Positions 37,660 through 49,000 of a DNA stretch of 64,000 nucleotides are shown piece by piece (the first letter of the stretch is position 1; every line of letters starts with the position of its first letter). The translations under genes were made by a program, and so were the position numbers. The notes under the pieces were generated by a model. That model saw only the letters and a program-made list of their open reading frames with translations, was not told the DNA's origin and did not search any database. Origin of the DNA: a virus; the IMG/VR virus record IMGVR_UViG_3300037264_003220, positions 1 to 64,000 of that record. One strand, 5' to 3'.

Positions 37660-39782
37660 TAGTTGCTCCCCCTATCTGTAGCTTGTGAAAATTGAAATTT
37701 CTTACGAAGCGCCATTACCACGGCTTCAATCAATGCTTCTGGATTTCCACCTGTCGATGTGACGTTCACATTTACGGTTGTTCCTTGGCCGCCAGATTGT
37801 GAGCCTTGCACAGGTTGTCTAGTTGATGTCGAAGTTGTGGTCTGTCTTTGTGCCGGAGCCACAGGAGTCGTGATATTTGGCAAATTTGGTATTAATGTAA
37901 ATTTTGCAATGTCCATCGTGTTCGATACAGGATTCGCCATGAATTTTTTTTCAGGAACGCCCATGCGCTCCTGCTGTCTCCTCAAAGCTTCTTGATTTGC
38001 TATCTCAGGAGGCATGATTTTTGACAATGAAATTTTTTCTTTTTGTGTTCGTTCTGATTCTTCGTGAAGGACACTTTGAATCTTTTTTAATTTAACTTGA
38101 GATTCAACGTCCCCGTGTGCCGCTTTCTCTCGAAGGTCAGAAAGTTCAGCTGAACGATATTTAGTTTTTGCCGCAAAAGCTTCTTCTTTAGCTCCGCCTC
38201 CTCCACCAAATAAAGTCACCCTAAATGCTGTGGCTTCACTGACGGCTTTTAAAGCGTCCGCTATCGCTCTCGTGCTTAAACTCGTATCCTTGGCGAATCC
38301 AATTAAATCAGCAGTTTGTTCGGCTGGGTCTTTGCCTCCCGCTTTCTTGATTTCAGCTTGCATCTTTGCTAAATCATTAACGCCGTCAACAATATTGTTC
38401 AAACTTTCATTCGATAAACTTTGAAGACTTTTTAACGCAGGGAATTCCTGCATTGTGAGTCTCATCGCTCCCATTTTTTCTTCTGAAGTTGCTCCGGCAG
38501 GAGTGATTTGATTCGCTAAAGCTTTCATGGTATTGACTTGAAGCTCAAGTAGAGCAGCTGGGTCTTTGCCTCCCATCATTCCAATGGCTCCCAATGGACT
38601 CATATTTCGTGGAATATTAGGCGTTCGCACATTCATTTGCTGCGCCAAAGCATAAATACCAGCCTGACGACCAAAATCTGCTTGGCGCATGGCTCCTGCC
38701 ATCTGCGAAAATTGTTGAATCGACATAACGCCACTTATTAATTCTTTACCGAATTTGCGAACAATGGCTTCAGAAAAAGACACTTCTTTGGTGTAATTTA
38801 CAGTCGATTGAGATAATTCTGTCACAAGGCTCGTGTACATGTTTGTTGACATTCCAGCGGCTTTTGCCCCGTTTTCAAAGCCCATCAATGTCGCTCCAGC
38901 TTTATTGGCGGACATCCCAAATCTCTGAATCAAATTAATTGTAGCGGCTTGAGCGACATCCTGAGATACATTTGCGACTGTGGCGAAAGCAGCCGAAACT
39001 TCGGCAGCCTTCATAACCAGGCTTGTTCCCATATTGTTAAAATTGGCTCCGAACACACGAGTCATGGCAAGAACTTCGTCAGCAGCTTGCGTCGAAGTAC
39101 GTCCCATTAAAATAAGGTTGGCGATAGTTTTTCCTGAAGCTTCGCGTAATTCGTCGGTGGCTTGATATGCGCGTACCCCGCCAAAACCAGCGGCGCCGCC
39201 AACTCGTCCTTGACCAATCCCCATCATTCCAATTGTCGCCCTGCGAGTTTGGATGTCGATATTCTCAATTCCTTTGGCTAAGTCAAGACCGACGCCAGCC
39301 CAGCCATATCTCATACTGGTGAAATTGCCCGTAGCTTGTTTGGCAAGTTCATTCATTGAAATCATCCCGCCTGCAAGCTTTCGTTTGAAATCAGTTATCG
39401 TCATCGTCCCAAGGTCAAATTCTTTAGAAACACTATTAAGACGACGACCAAATAAATCCATCCCCGCAGCCAGTTTCTCAGGGGCTACCCCCATTGAGCG
39501 TAGCGCTTGGCTCATTTGTTCAAGACCTCGCCTAGCGCTAGAATAAGACATAGCAGATTGAGCATTGGCTTCAATTAAACCCAATATTGATTTTTTTGCT
39601 TCATCAGTTTTGAAGCCCATTAATTCTAATTCAAGATTTAAGTCACGAGTGGTCGTATTGTATTTTCTCGTGGCTGAATCTATGCGACCAATCTGCTCCA
39701 ATAAGCCTTTAATTGTTTTTTGCATTGCTTCAAGGCTTGTTGAGTCAACTGGCTGTTGCGGATTTGTGGGGTCAATTGCCAT
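37659..39782 (-). CDS. Tape measure protein
   Basis: 707 aa, helical Ala/Gly/Met-rich, directly after tail chaperones. Confidence 0.8.
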   Translation of the reverse strand: MAIDPTNPQQPVDSTSLEAMQKTIKGLLEQIGRIDSATRKYNTTTRDLNLELELMGFKTDEAKKSILGLIEANAQSAMSYSSARRGLEQMSQALRSMGVAPEKLAAGMDLFGRRLNSVSKEFDLGTMTITDFKRKLAGGMISMNELAKQATGNFTSMRYGWAGVGLDLAKGIENIDIQTRRATIGMMGIGQGRVGGAAGFGGVRAYQATDELREASGKTIANLILMGRTSTQAADEVLAMTRVFGANFNNMGTSLVMKAAEVSAAFATVANVSQDVAQAATINLIQRFGMSANKAGATLMGFENGAKAAGMSTNMYTSLVTELSQSTVNYTKEVSFSEAIVRKFGKELISGVMSIQQFSQMAGAMRQADFGRQAGIYALAQQMNVRTPNIPRNMSPLGAIGMMGGKDPAALLELQVNTMKALANQITPAGATSEEKMGAMRLTMQEFPALKSLQSLSNESLNNIVDGVNDLAKMQAEIKKAGGKDPAEQTADLIGFAKDTSLSTRAIADALKAVSEATAFRVTLFGGGGGAKEEAFAAKTKYRSAELSDLREKAAHGDVESQVKLKKIQSVLHEESERTQKEKISLSKIMPPEIANQEALRRQQERMGVPEKKFMANPVSNTMDIAKFTLIPNLPNITTPVAPAQRQTTTSTSTRQPVQGSQSGGQGTTVNVNVTSTGGNPEALIEAVVMALRKKFQFSQATDRGSN

Positions 39783-40539
39783 TATTCAATCACCTGCATA
39801 GAATCGCCTTCGTCTTCATTTTCGTCTTCTCCCTCAAACACGATGTCGCCCAAATTAATTTTGGACACATCAATTCCTTGAGACCTAAGCATGTCAAGAT
39901 ATTCCGACTTCCGCTGTTCCTGATATCGCTTTTTACCTTCTTTTTCTTTTTCCATCCCTGACCATAGCTCATAGTTGACCCATGGCAGCAAGGACTTGAT
40001 TCTGTCCCCTAATTCCTCCTCGTCGGCAACGATGTTTTCACGAGACCAATCCCAATGAACAGCTTCAAACTCGCTTATTAAGCGGGCTGGAGTTGCGCCG
40101 AGTTTTGAGCAGACTTTCCAGAGGAGTCTGCCGATTGGCCCCTTGAGGAGTTTTTTAGTGAATCAAGCTCCTTCCCACGTTCCTGTACCAGGTCGGAATA
40201 GCAATAGGTGAAAATGTATTCCACCATGCTCCAATCCATATCAGACAGGACTTGCTCAACGGCTTGCGCAACCGCCATTGAAGGGTCATTCCTTAATTTC
40301 TCACGCACTTCCGGCTGACCATCAATAGGGACATTATTAATGGATACCATTGAACGCGCGAGAATCGGAATTTTCGATGTCTCAATTTGAGACATATAAT
40401 CCAACCCTCTATTGCCAGTGACTCTGCTTATTTCCGCCTGTTCTCCGGCTGTCAAAGTCTGCATCATCACTTTCGCCTCTCCGACCTGGTACTCTTTCAA
40501 TTTGCGTTGACCAAGCAACGCGTCTATAAGCTTTTGCAT
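39782..40539 (-). CDS. Long tail assembly chaperone (gpGT-like) via -1 frameshift
   Basis: A-AAA-AAC slippery site at 40150-40156; -1 frame is open (LLKGPIGRLLWKVCSK...WDWSRENI...LPWVNYELW) to the stop at 39782. Confidence 0.85.
40078..40539 (-). CDS. Tail assembly chaperone (gpG-like)
   Basis: Between tube and tape measure; contains LKN slippery motif near its end. Confidence 0.85.
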   Translation of the reverse strand: MQKLIDALLGQRKLKEYQVGEAKVMMQTLTAGEQAEISRVTGNRGLDYMSQIETSKIPILARSMVSINNVPIDGQPEVREKLRNDPSMAVAQAVEQVLSDMDWSMVEYIFTYCYSDLVQERGKELDSLKNSSRGQSADSSGKSAQNSAQLQPA

Positions 40540-40587
40540 AATTTCTCCCCTTCAGTGTTCTGTTTTCGAATCACTTCATGTCAAGGC

Positions 40588-41127
40588 TTAGAAGCCTTGA
40601 GATTGAAGCGCTGGCGTCTCAACTTGACCGTAAACAATGGTGGCGTTTTCGATTTCTCGAATATCTCCGCCGGACACGTCACGAGTCGAGTCGTATCTGC
40701 TAATCCAAGCATCCTTGTATATCTTCTGCACCACTTCAGTGGCTGGCGCCGAGATATTGGGAGTGCCATCTTGATTGAATTGAGGCGTCGACACGCTTTC
40801 ATGGATTTCAAAAGGCGTATCCATTTCAAAGAGCGTTTGCGTCCCAACTTTGGCTCCGAGAGCTTCCATGAGGTTCGCCCGATACAGCCGAATCCTTTTC
40901 ACGGTAAGCGATTTTTCCCTGACAAGACCAGGAACCATTTCAAATGGTTCGCCAATTCTCTTGCCAAGCGTCGTACCAATCTCAAACGAGGCGGTTACGT
41001 CCCTCGATTCAGACGGGTTGATGGTTTGGATAGCGCCTACATCAACAAGTGCTCCTGCACTATTTTTCACCCTGATGATGTAGGAGGTCGCTAACTGTAT
41101 TCTTGTACTGGCTGGCTTGATGCTCAT
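40588..41127 (-). CDS. Tail tube protein
   Basis: VGAIQ....E.R...EIG, PFEI.E, Y.DAW...Y...I.EN; synteny. Confidence 0.85.
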   Translation of the reverse strand: MSIKPASTRIQLATSYIIRVKNSAGALVDVGAIQTINPSESRDVTASFEIGTTLGKRIGEPFEMVPGLVREKSLTVKRIRLYRANLMEALGAKVGTQTLFEMDTPFEIHESVSTPQFNQDGTPNISAPATEVVQKIYKDAWISRYDSTRDVSGGDIREIENATIVYGQVETPALQSQGF

Positions 41128-42032
41128 TTCGTGTTTCCTCCTGTAATAAATAATTTAGAAATTATTTCTTCGGCAGTTCGTGATTTCAGTTCATGTTCCC
41201 AAATGATTTTTGATTGAATGCCATATTTTGCAAATGCTTTAGTTCTAAATTCAGCATCTTTTTGCTGTTCTACTTCTTTATTAGGATGGCATTTTGGACA
41301 ACCATGCCAATAACAGCCAAAAAGCTCAACGACTTCTTTCTTCCCGTTTACATTGACAAAATCTGGGTTCATGTTTTCAACCCAAAATTTGCCATTGCCA
41401 ACATACTGATAAGGAAGTTTGAATTTTGCAAATGCTTTGATGAATTTTCCTTCAAAACCATTCGGGTGGCTTTGCCCAAATCCACCATGCCCAAGTCTAC
41501 GAATCGCGTGCTCTCTAAGATTATTTTTGACTTTATCTTGATTCGCCCAAAGAGTGACTGCTTTAGAAATATTCCGACAAGTTTCTTTTGACCTTTTTTT
41601 ACCTGTATGCAATTTGCTGATAAATTTCTTGAATTTTTGTGAACGTTTTTTTCCAAGCCATGAGCCGGAATGAGTCGAATACCATTTGTTCAATGATAAG
41701 CTGGTTTTCTTTTTCCATTCATCAGTATGATGCTTGCCAAATAAATAATGTTTTAGACCAGATTGAGCCTTGCTCATTTTTCTTTTTGTCGTTTCGGAAT
41801 GATGCTTCCCAAGCATTCCATATGTTGCGCATCTTGCATCGCCCTTGCGTTGTTCGCTCATTTTTCTTTTTGTTTTTTCACTATGGCGTTTCCCTTTCAT
41901 TGGGCTGATTCTTCCAATTTGGCTTAAACCAATATTGGCTCTACGCTCGGCAGACAATGTTCTGCCGAGTTTCGCCAGACGCATTTTGCGCCTAGTTTTC
42001 TCAGATATATGACTACCGAGCATAGAACTCAT
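41124..42032 (-). CDS. NUMOD3-repeat Vsr/DUF559-like homing endonuclease
   Basis: Several GK.HSE.TKRKMS repeats; PDF, VELFGCYWH, IWEHE. Confidence 0.88.
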   Translation of the reverse strand: MSSMLGSHISEKTRRKMRLAKLGRTLSAERRANIGLSQIGRISPMKGKRHSEKTKRKMSEQRKGDARCATYGMLGKHHSETTKRKMSKAQSGLKHYLFGKHHTDEWKKKTSLSLNKWYSTHSGSWLGKKRSQKFKKFISKLHTGKKRSKETCRNISKAVTLWANQDKVKNNLREHAIRRLGHGGFGQSHPNGFEGKFIKAFAKFKLPYQYVGNGKFWVENMNPDFVNVNGKKEVVELFGCYWHGCPKCHPNKEVEQQKDAEFRTKAFAKYGIQSKIIWEHELKSRTAEEIISKLFITGGNTK

Positions 42033-42045
42033 TATTGTTGCCTTA

Positions 42046-43398
42046 TTATAGTGCCGAGTTCACGAATATACTGAACGAAACATTCACGAAACGAAGTGGA
42101 AACACGGGCGCGATTTCAAACGACACATTCACCTGGCGCGGGTCAACAGAGTCAAGTTTGGCACTGATATTGCGGAACGCCGTAATAAGAGTCGAGCTGA
42201 TGAAGTTCGACAGAATCGCCTGAACACTGGCTTGAATATTGCTCAGACTTCCTGTCAACAGCTTCGTACCGATGTATCGGGTATTCAGCGTGTCTCTTAC
42301 GACTTTACGCAATAAGTCTTTGATGCGCCGAACACTGGGTTCGACACGTTCAATGCTGGATGTGTCAGTCGTCGACGCTTCCTTCACATAGACTCCATTG
42401 GAATCCTGTTGGAGGATAGTCACGCCAGAGCGAAGCATGAACAGAATTTCGCTTCTGATGTATTTGTAGCTATTCACGTCGAGACGAGACGGCAGCCGTT
42501 TCCGTAGAAGCGGCGTAGCCGCGTCATTGGCGGTTTCAATGCCAGCAAGAGCCGCCCCAGCATAAACTGAGGAAACCACGAGCCGAGCATCAGTAGTCGT
42601 TCCCACATCTTTCAACGTAATCCCGACAGACGGAGGAGCAACCATATTCACGCGGTCGCTATTGATTCCGTCAGCAAGAGTGCCAATGGTCTGCACGGTG
42701 TCATTCAGATTCGCCGGAGCAATCCAAGCATGACGTTCTTTCTGATTGAAGTCGGTCGACATCGCCTGCACATGGTTAATGACGGCGCTTCTCACTTGCG
42801 TATTGGTCACGCCAGTCACAATCAAGGTATCAACTTCTTCCCGCTCTAATTGAGTCAAGGCATCAATATACGAGCTGGTCTGCCCATCAACGGCTTGACA
42901 GGTGACGACGATGGTTCCGTCTCCTCCTGATTCAAATGTCAACAGCGCAGCCAAAGTGATTTCGCTGATGACCCCATTATTCAATTCTGCTCCGTAAATC
43001 GCTCGAACATCGTCAATGCTGAACAATGTTTTCGGCGTGTAATAAGTGGCGTCTTTCACTAATTTATACGACACATAATAAAGCGCCGCCGTAGAAGGCT
43101 GTTGACCAATCCACACAATCGTATTGTTGACGATGTTGTAGTCAACTCCTGCTACAAAGTCGAAAAACCCTGGGGAACTTCCCACTCCAAGAACCGAAGC
43201 GACGTTGCTGACGGTCGTGTTTGGGATAGTGTCAGTGCCGTTGAAGGCACCTTTGGTCACTTCGGCATTATCCACTTCCACGGTGGCGCTCGCAGTGCCG
43301 ACAATCCCAGTGACATTCACTGTCCCCGCTCCAATCGCCAACGACGGGTTTTCAATTTCAGAAACAACCACACCAGATTCTCTAACTGTTACTGACAT
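42046..43398 (-). CDS. Contractile tail sheath protein
   Basis: GVVV.E N-terminus, H...MS....ER, GV..L, E.SV.RI.D, P.FPL.F. Confidence 0.9.
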   Translation of the reverse strand: MSVTVRESGVVVSEIENPSLAIGAGTVNVTGIVGTASATVEVDNAEVTKGAFNGTDTIPNTTVSNVASVLGVGSSPGFFDFVAGVDYNIVNNTIVWIGQQPSTAALYYVSYKLVKDATYYTPKTLFSIDDVRAIYGAELNNGVISEITLAALLTFESGGDGTIVVTCQAVDGQTSSYIDALTQLEREEVDTLIVTGVTNTQVRSAVINHVQAMSTDFNQKERHAWIAPANLNDTVQTIGTLADGINSDRVNMVAPPSVGITLKDVGTTTDARLVVSSVYAGAALAGIETANDAATPLLRKRLPSRLDVNSYKYIRSEILFMLRSGVTILQQDSNGVYVKEASTTDTSSIERVEPSVRRIKDLLRKVVRDTLNTRYIGTKLLTGSLSNIQASVQAILSNFISSTLITAFRNISAKLDSVDPRQVNVSFEIAPVFPLRFVNVSFSIFVNSAL

Positions 43399-43412
43399 AA
43401 TAATCCTCCTCT

Positions 43413-44096
43413 TTAAAAGTTCGGGTCTGTAATACCATCAACAATCGTTATAAGACCGTTGACATCTGGTATTTGAATCTTGTCAATCAATTCAGCTTCG
43501 GCTATGGACAATGTGTCTTCAAATTCGGTGTAAACTTCAACATTCAATTCGTGAGAGAAAATAGGGTCATTGCCTATTTTTTCATAACTTTCTCCGACAA
43601 GATTAATATCGGTTATCTCAATTCCAGCAATTCTGAATTTTTCAAAAACCAAAAATCGCAGCGCCGAGATAAGCTTATCCGTAATTCTCTCAACTTTCTT
43701 GGGGTTATAATCATAGACCTTAATGTTGACGCTCAAATTTAATGGGCCGCCGTATCTTTCGCCTACGACTCCTGTCTGAGTCATGCCGTTTAAAAATACG
43801 TCACCCATCAATGGCTCTTGAAACTCTCTATTCAAGGAACGGAAGAAGCTTCTCCCGCCGACAATATCAACCACGATAATGGGATAAATTCGGAACTGAA
43901 CAGGAAAATGCTCAACTACGGTAATCTTCGTCGTCTTGTTGTCGGCGTTCCAAGTAAAGTCTGTATCAGACGCCGGAACAGGCGGTGACTGTTCAGGAAA
44001 TTGCGCGTCCGGCAACCCGCTTATGGCGAAAAATTGCTGGATTATGCTGATGAACGTCATTCGTGTAAATCGTTTCGCGCGTAAAATCATCAGCAC
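43413..44096 (-). CDS. Tail terminator/completion protein
   Basis: Immediately upstream of sheath; YP.I.V motif. Confidence 0.6.
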   Translation of the reverse strand: MLMILRAKRFTRMTFISIIQQFFAISGLPDAQFPEQSPPVPASDTDFTWNADNKTTKITVVEHFPVQFRIYPIIVVDIVGGRSFFRSLNREFQEPLMGDVFLNGMTQTGVVGERYGGPLNLSVNIKVYDYNPKKVERITDKLISALRFLVFEKFRIAGIEITDINLVGESYEKIGNDPIFSHELNVEVYTEFEDTLSIAEAELIDKIQIPDVNGLITIVDGITDPNF

Positions 44097-44974
44097 GCCC
44101 CTCCTTGTAAATATGGAGCCAACAAGTCTGGCGCTATCAATTGTGGATGTTTATAAGCCAAGTCTGTACGTTCCAGCTCATTCATTTCAAAATCCTGATG
44201 CGTAATCAGGTCACGTTGAAAATAAGGCGTCACGTTCAAAATTTCAAATCGTCTATTTTCTCGGTCAATCAAAATATCCCTATCATGCAGTCTAGGCGTC
44301 CAAATCGTCCATGACCGTGGAACTCGCTGCTTCCTGAGTCCATACGTCGCCAGTTCTTTCAAAGCTGCCATGTTGTAATACCGAACCCTAATTTTGATAG
44401 GGTTAAAATAAGTCACTGTGTCGGCGCGACCATAATCTTCTTCTGTGTTGGCATTGATTTCTTTCTGTTGGCGCTTAAACAGCCAAAAATCGCCGCCATC
44501 CTGCTCCAAAAGCCACATATTTCGGCGCCTTATTTCTTCAAAGAAAAATTTCTGCTGGATGTTGGTCGGATACATGCCGCTGCGCGATTCAATCGTGACC
44601 GTGCTAATTTTTGTCTGTGGGGCTGTGAAAGTCATATTCATATCCCCAAAAGGAGACACGTCAAACGCTGGCAAATTCTCATATGTAATCGGATTCGACG
44701 GCGGACTTTCACCAAGCAAATTCACCGACGTAACGGAATAATACGGGTCTGTGTCGATAATAATAGGGACATTGCTATCTAAGAAACTCGTCGACTGAAT
44801 CAAAGACACATTCAATTTCGTGAAATCACCATACGGCGTATAATTTCGATAAACATTAAATCCGCTCACGCCATTGAGTGCGTCCCAATAAAGACGCACT
44901 TGCGTCTCAGGGAGATTTTGCCCTGTTGCCAACAGATTGCGAGCTATGACGTTACTAGGCGGTACGCATGACAT
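44090..44974 (-). CDS. Neck/head-closure protein with N-terminal FN3-like domain
   Basis: L.W....GFNVYR...F.D...YY.VT.VN..GES.PS; C-terminal W....P.L..RD.L....RF.I. Confidence 0.7.
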   Translation of the reverse strand: MSCVPPSNVIARNLLATGQNLPETQVRLYWDALNGVSGFNVYRNYTPYGDFTKLNVSLIQSTSFLDSNVPIIIDTDPYYSVTSVNLLGESPPSNPITYENLPAFDVSPFGDMNMTFTAPQTKISTVTIESRSGMYPTNIQQKFFFEEIRRRNMWLLEQDGGDFWLFKRQQKEINANTEEDYGRADTVTYFNPIKIRVRYYNMAALKELATYGLRKQRVPRSWTIWTPRLHDRDILIDRENRRFEILNVTPYFQRDLITHQDFEMNELERTDLAYKHPQLIAPDLLAPYLQGGAC

Positions 44975-45449
44975 AATCAATAACTCCACTCGATGCTAAT
45001 TCATTCGGACTGACCAGTGTCTCTTTCACAGATGTCAATGGGAACCCTGCCTTTTTATAAGCTTCATCAACCCATCCAGAACAAACTTGGTGACAATGCA
45101 AAAGTCCCATTCTTCCCAAAACCATATCAATAAAGCTGTAATGCTCTCCAATATTCAAATAACACCATGAAATAGCTCGTGTTTTAATAATGTCTCCACA
45201 CATGGGTCGATAAATAACTTTCGCTCTTATATCATCAGCGATGAATCGAAATCGTGGGCGCGGCCACACCATTTCAACCGCTAAATCAGGCTCGGTACTC
45301 ACCATCGCCACATGTGTATACCCTGGATAAGTCATCTTCCCCATCTCGCCACCAATCTTCTGAAGCCAGGAAAATATTCGATGTTTCCAATTCCCATCAT
45401 CTGGATAAAAAATCAAATCTCCTGGCTTCAAAATACTCACTGCGTTCAT
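44955..45449 (-). CDS. Permuted papain-like (NlpC/P60, YiiX-like) enzyme
   Basis: PGDLIF, THVAM (His), Y, CS..V..AY (Cys), SP.EL. Confidence 0.8.
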   Translation of the reverse strand: MNAVSILKPGDLIFYPDDGNWKHRIFSWLQKIGGEMGKMTYPGYTHVAMVSTEPDLAVEMVWPRPRFRFIADDIRAKVIYRPMCGDIIKTRAISWCYLNIGEHYSFIDMVLGRMGLLHCHQVCSGWVDEAYKKAGFPLTSVKETLVSPNELASSGVIDYVMRTA

Positions 45450-46087
45450 TGAAAAAATTCCGTTAAAATATTGAAATATTTTATTTCTGTCGCGCTTAGT
45501 CCATTCGGACAATAACAATGAACCCGAAGTTTCATATATGTCGGGAATGCCATTGATTCATCACTAAGAAAGCTTAATTGAACTCCTGATGCAGTGTGAA
45601 CATTCTGAATCATATTTGGCATCAACATTTGGTCTGTTGGATTCATTAAAACGTCGGCGCTAATGTAATCATTTTCGTCATTAAAGTTTGAATAAAGATG
45701 CCCGCCACGGAAATAAACCGTTGCAGGCCAAGACAAATCTACAAATGAATATGTCATTCCTGGCGCCACAATTGCTTGAAATCCTTTCCATTTGTTGTAA
45801 GTATTTGCAGGCTGCGGAGAAATGGATACCCTAGCGGGGCGCCCAACCCCTGCGCGAATAATCAAAGATTGATTAAATGAAGCCATGTAATTATTCTCGA
45901 ATTCCGTAGCATCTGGATTCGCACTTCCGTCAATTAATTTAGGCAAATCGTATTGCCAATTAATGCCATTAGAGTCAGGCCCAACGAGACGGTAAGAGCT
46001 ACCAATATCAACATACTGATTGGTAAGTCCTTTAGAAATAATGCAGAGATTTTTAAAGTCAGCCCACGTTTTAATTATTAATTCCAT
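45446..46087 (-). CDS. Hypothetical virion-associated protein
   Basis: W.DFK...D...FE.NY motif; within late operon. Confidence 0.65.
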   Translation of the reverse strand: MELIIKTWADFKNLCIISKGLTNQYVDIGSSYRLVGPDSNGINWQYDLPKLIDGSANPDATEFENNYMASFNQSLIIRAGVGRPARVSISPQPANTYNKWKGFQAIVAPGMTYSFVDLSWPATVYFRGGHLYSNFNDENDYISADVLMNPTDQMLMPNMIQNVHTASGVQLSFLSDESMAFPTYMKLRVHCYCPNGLSATEIKYFNILTEFFQ

Positions 46088-49000
46088 TAAACTTCCTCCA
46101 CCCATTCCACAACATAACTAAAGTTCCCACCTGTAACGGTGACTCCATTAAAGTTGACGGCTACCCCTTCTCCCGCGCCGCGCAAAGTAATAGCTTTATC
46201 TGGTTTAAGAGCCAAAAATAAATCATAAGGCGGAGAAGTCGTAGCGCCAGATGAGCCAGGTGCGACAGCTGGAATCATCATGCGGTATGACGCTGTTGTC
46301 CCGACTGCCGCGCCAAGCCCAGTCGGATTAGCCGTATAAGAACGAACTGTTGCCGTGGCTGCCGCATCTGTCGAATCATGCGAGACAGCTGTTTGCAAAG
46401 CAGATGTCCCACCCGTGTTCACGGCGGAACGTTTAATTAAACGCACATCTTCAATGCTTTGAGTTGTTTGCGAACCAGATATGGCAATTCGCATAATGCG
46501 AATAGTTTTTGTTGCAGACCCATAAATCGTAAACACATCTGTTGCTGTTGCCGCAGAAGCAATGCTGGGAGCAGAAGCGGAATACGTAACTTGTTCTGAC
46601 GTGCCTTGCAAAGCAACCTTTAAACTGCCCGCTTGCGTCAATGCTCGCGGTAACGCTTCAACAACTGGGCACAGCGCAGTCAATAATCTCAAATAAGTTG
46701 TCGCTATCGCTCCATTATTCGTTACCAATATTCTGAAATATAAACACACGGCTTGAAATGTCCTGCCGTCTCCAATTCCAGCTCGCGGAGTGAATGAATC
46801 AACAATATCCCAATTAACATTGTCGGTTGATTGTTGAACTTGAATAGTGCAATCCTGGCTCGCAATGAAATTAATTTGTATCCCAGAAATTCCTACAGTT
46901 GTTTCACCAGCGCCTGTAAAAGTAGCCCCAGCAGCCAAATTTGCAGTAGAGTTATTAGATTGAGATGTTTCAACATCCTGAGTAATGCCAACAGCTAAAT
47001 AACGATTGTTGTTCCGAACTATCCCTTCCATATACCCAACGCCATCTGTCACTCGAACAGGCAAATAATTTAAAGCAGAAAGCGTTAAACCATTTACAAG
47101 TGTCAAGTTTTCAGGAATCGCTGTTTGGTCTGCGGCAACGACAACAGGTAAAGACCCGCTCATTGCTTTTTGCCCATTTGTAAGACCAATAACGGCAGAC
47201 GAAACAATGGTGGTAAGTTGACTGACCTGCTGCGATTCATAAAGTTGAATCGTCGTCAATTGAGACACTTCAAGTGCCACGGCAGCATTCAAATTACTTA
47301 ACTGCGTTATCTCTTGAGACATTAAAACATTGGCTGTTAATCCATTTACGACCTGTTGACTATTGGACGAATTCAATGTGCTGAGTTGGGCAACTTCTTG
47401 AGCCAATGTCGTATTGATTGTCGTTAATTGAGTTATTTCTAAAACTACGGCAGCGTTAAGATTTGAAAGCTCAGTGACTTCTTGACTCGATAAAACTATT
47501 TGAGCCGCTTGAGCTGACGCCGTTGCCACGGAAGTATTAAGAGTTGACAATTGAGCCACTTGTTGACTTTCATAAAGTTGGATGGTTGTGAGCTGCCCCA
47601 CTTCAACGGACACAGCCATATTTAAGTTAGAAAGTTGAGTAATTTGTTGAGAAACAAGAATATTTTCAGCACTCTCAAAACCAGTGTTTGAAATAATTTG
47701 AGATAGCTGAGAGACCTCTTGAGCCAACAAAGAGACCTGGTTATCGCTGGACGTGTTCAATGTTGAAAGCTGAGCAACCTCTTGGACTAAAGTCGTATTG
47801 ACAGTCGTTAATTGAGAAACCTCTAAAGCAACGGCTAAATTGAGATTGGTTAATTGATTAACCTGTTGAACCATCAAATAAACATCCGAATCTGGCGTCG
47901 TCAAAAGTTGTGATAACTGAGAAACTTCTTGCGCTCCATATAATTGCAATGTCGATAATTGAGTTATCTCCTGAGATAAATAGGGACGAGTGTCGATTGA
48001 TGGAGACCCCGTATTGGTCATAATCTGAGACAACTGAGAAATTTCCTGGGAGCCGTATAGTTCAAGCGTTGTCATTTGAGTCACAACGTTTGACAGCCTG
48101 GCATCAATCGAAGTCAATTGCGAAACCTGTTGAGCCTCGTAAATTCCAATCGTGGTCAGTTGAGCCACTTCCAGAGAAACAGACACCTCAAGATTGCTGA
48201 GTTGACCAACTTGCTGAGCGCCATAAAGCTCAAGCGTTGATAATTGAGTTATTTCCTGAGCTAAATAAGGGCGAATGTCGACTTGAGAAACGCCAGTGTT
48301 GGCGATAATTTGAGAAAGCTGCCCTACCTCTTGAACCAATAAAGTTGTCTGAGCATCTTGTTTATTTTGAACTTGCGTAAGCTGTCCGACCTGCTGCGAT
48401 TCATAAAGTTCGATTGTCGTTAATTGAGTAACGACAGTGGACAGGCGCCCATCAATACTGGTCAATTGCGCGACCTGTTCGTACTCATACAGACCGATAG
48501 TCGTCAATTGACTAACTTCTAAAACAACGGAAACATTCAAATCGTTGAGTTGTGAGATTTGTTGAGAGCCATAAAATTCAATCGTGGAAAGCTGAGAAAC
48601 TTGCTGATTTAAGATGGGCCTCGTATCAATATCGGCTACGCCAGTGTTGGTGATAATTTGACTTAATTGTGAAATTTCATGAGATAATAATACGGTCTGG
48701 TCTTGCTGGTTTGTTTCGACCTGAGAAAGTTGAGCAACCTGTTGATTGGCGACAACAACAATATTGGTTAAACCGTCTTGAAGTGATTCTGTTGTAGATT
48801 TAATTTTGTCGAAAGTTTGAGTAAATCCATCGGCAATGGTGGCGATAGAAACGCGATTCAATAATTCCAATTCATCCGTATTAAGATTTATGCTGTCGAC
48901 GTTAATAGACAGCCCAGCCAATGATTGCAGGATGCTTAACTGAGTCGCTTCTGTAGAAACGCGAATTTGAATATCGGACAATTGACCGACTTCTTGAGTC

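Noticed and set aside
41124-42032. Group I intron or intein hosting the endonuclease
   Set aside because: Sheath and tube ORFs are each complete and there is no room for intron structure; the same holds for the other endonucleases
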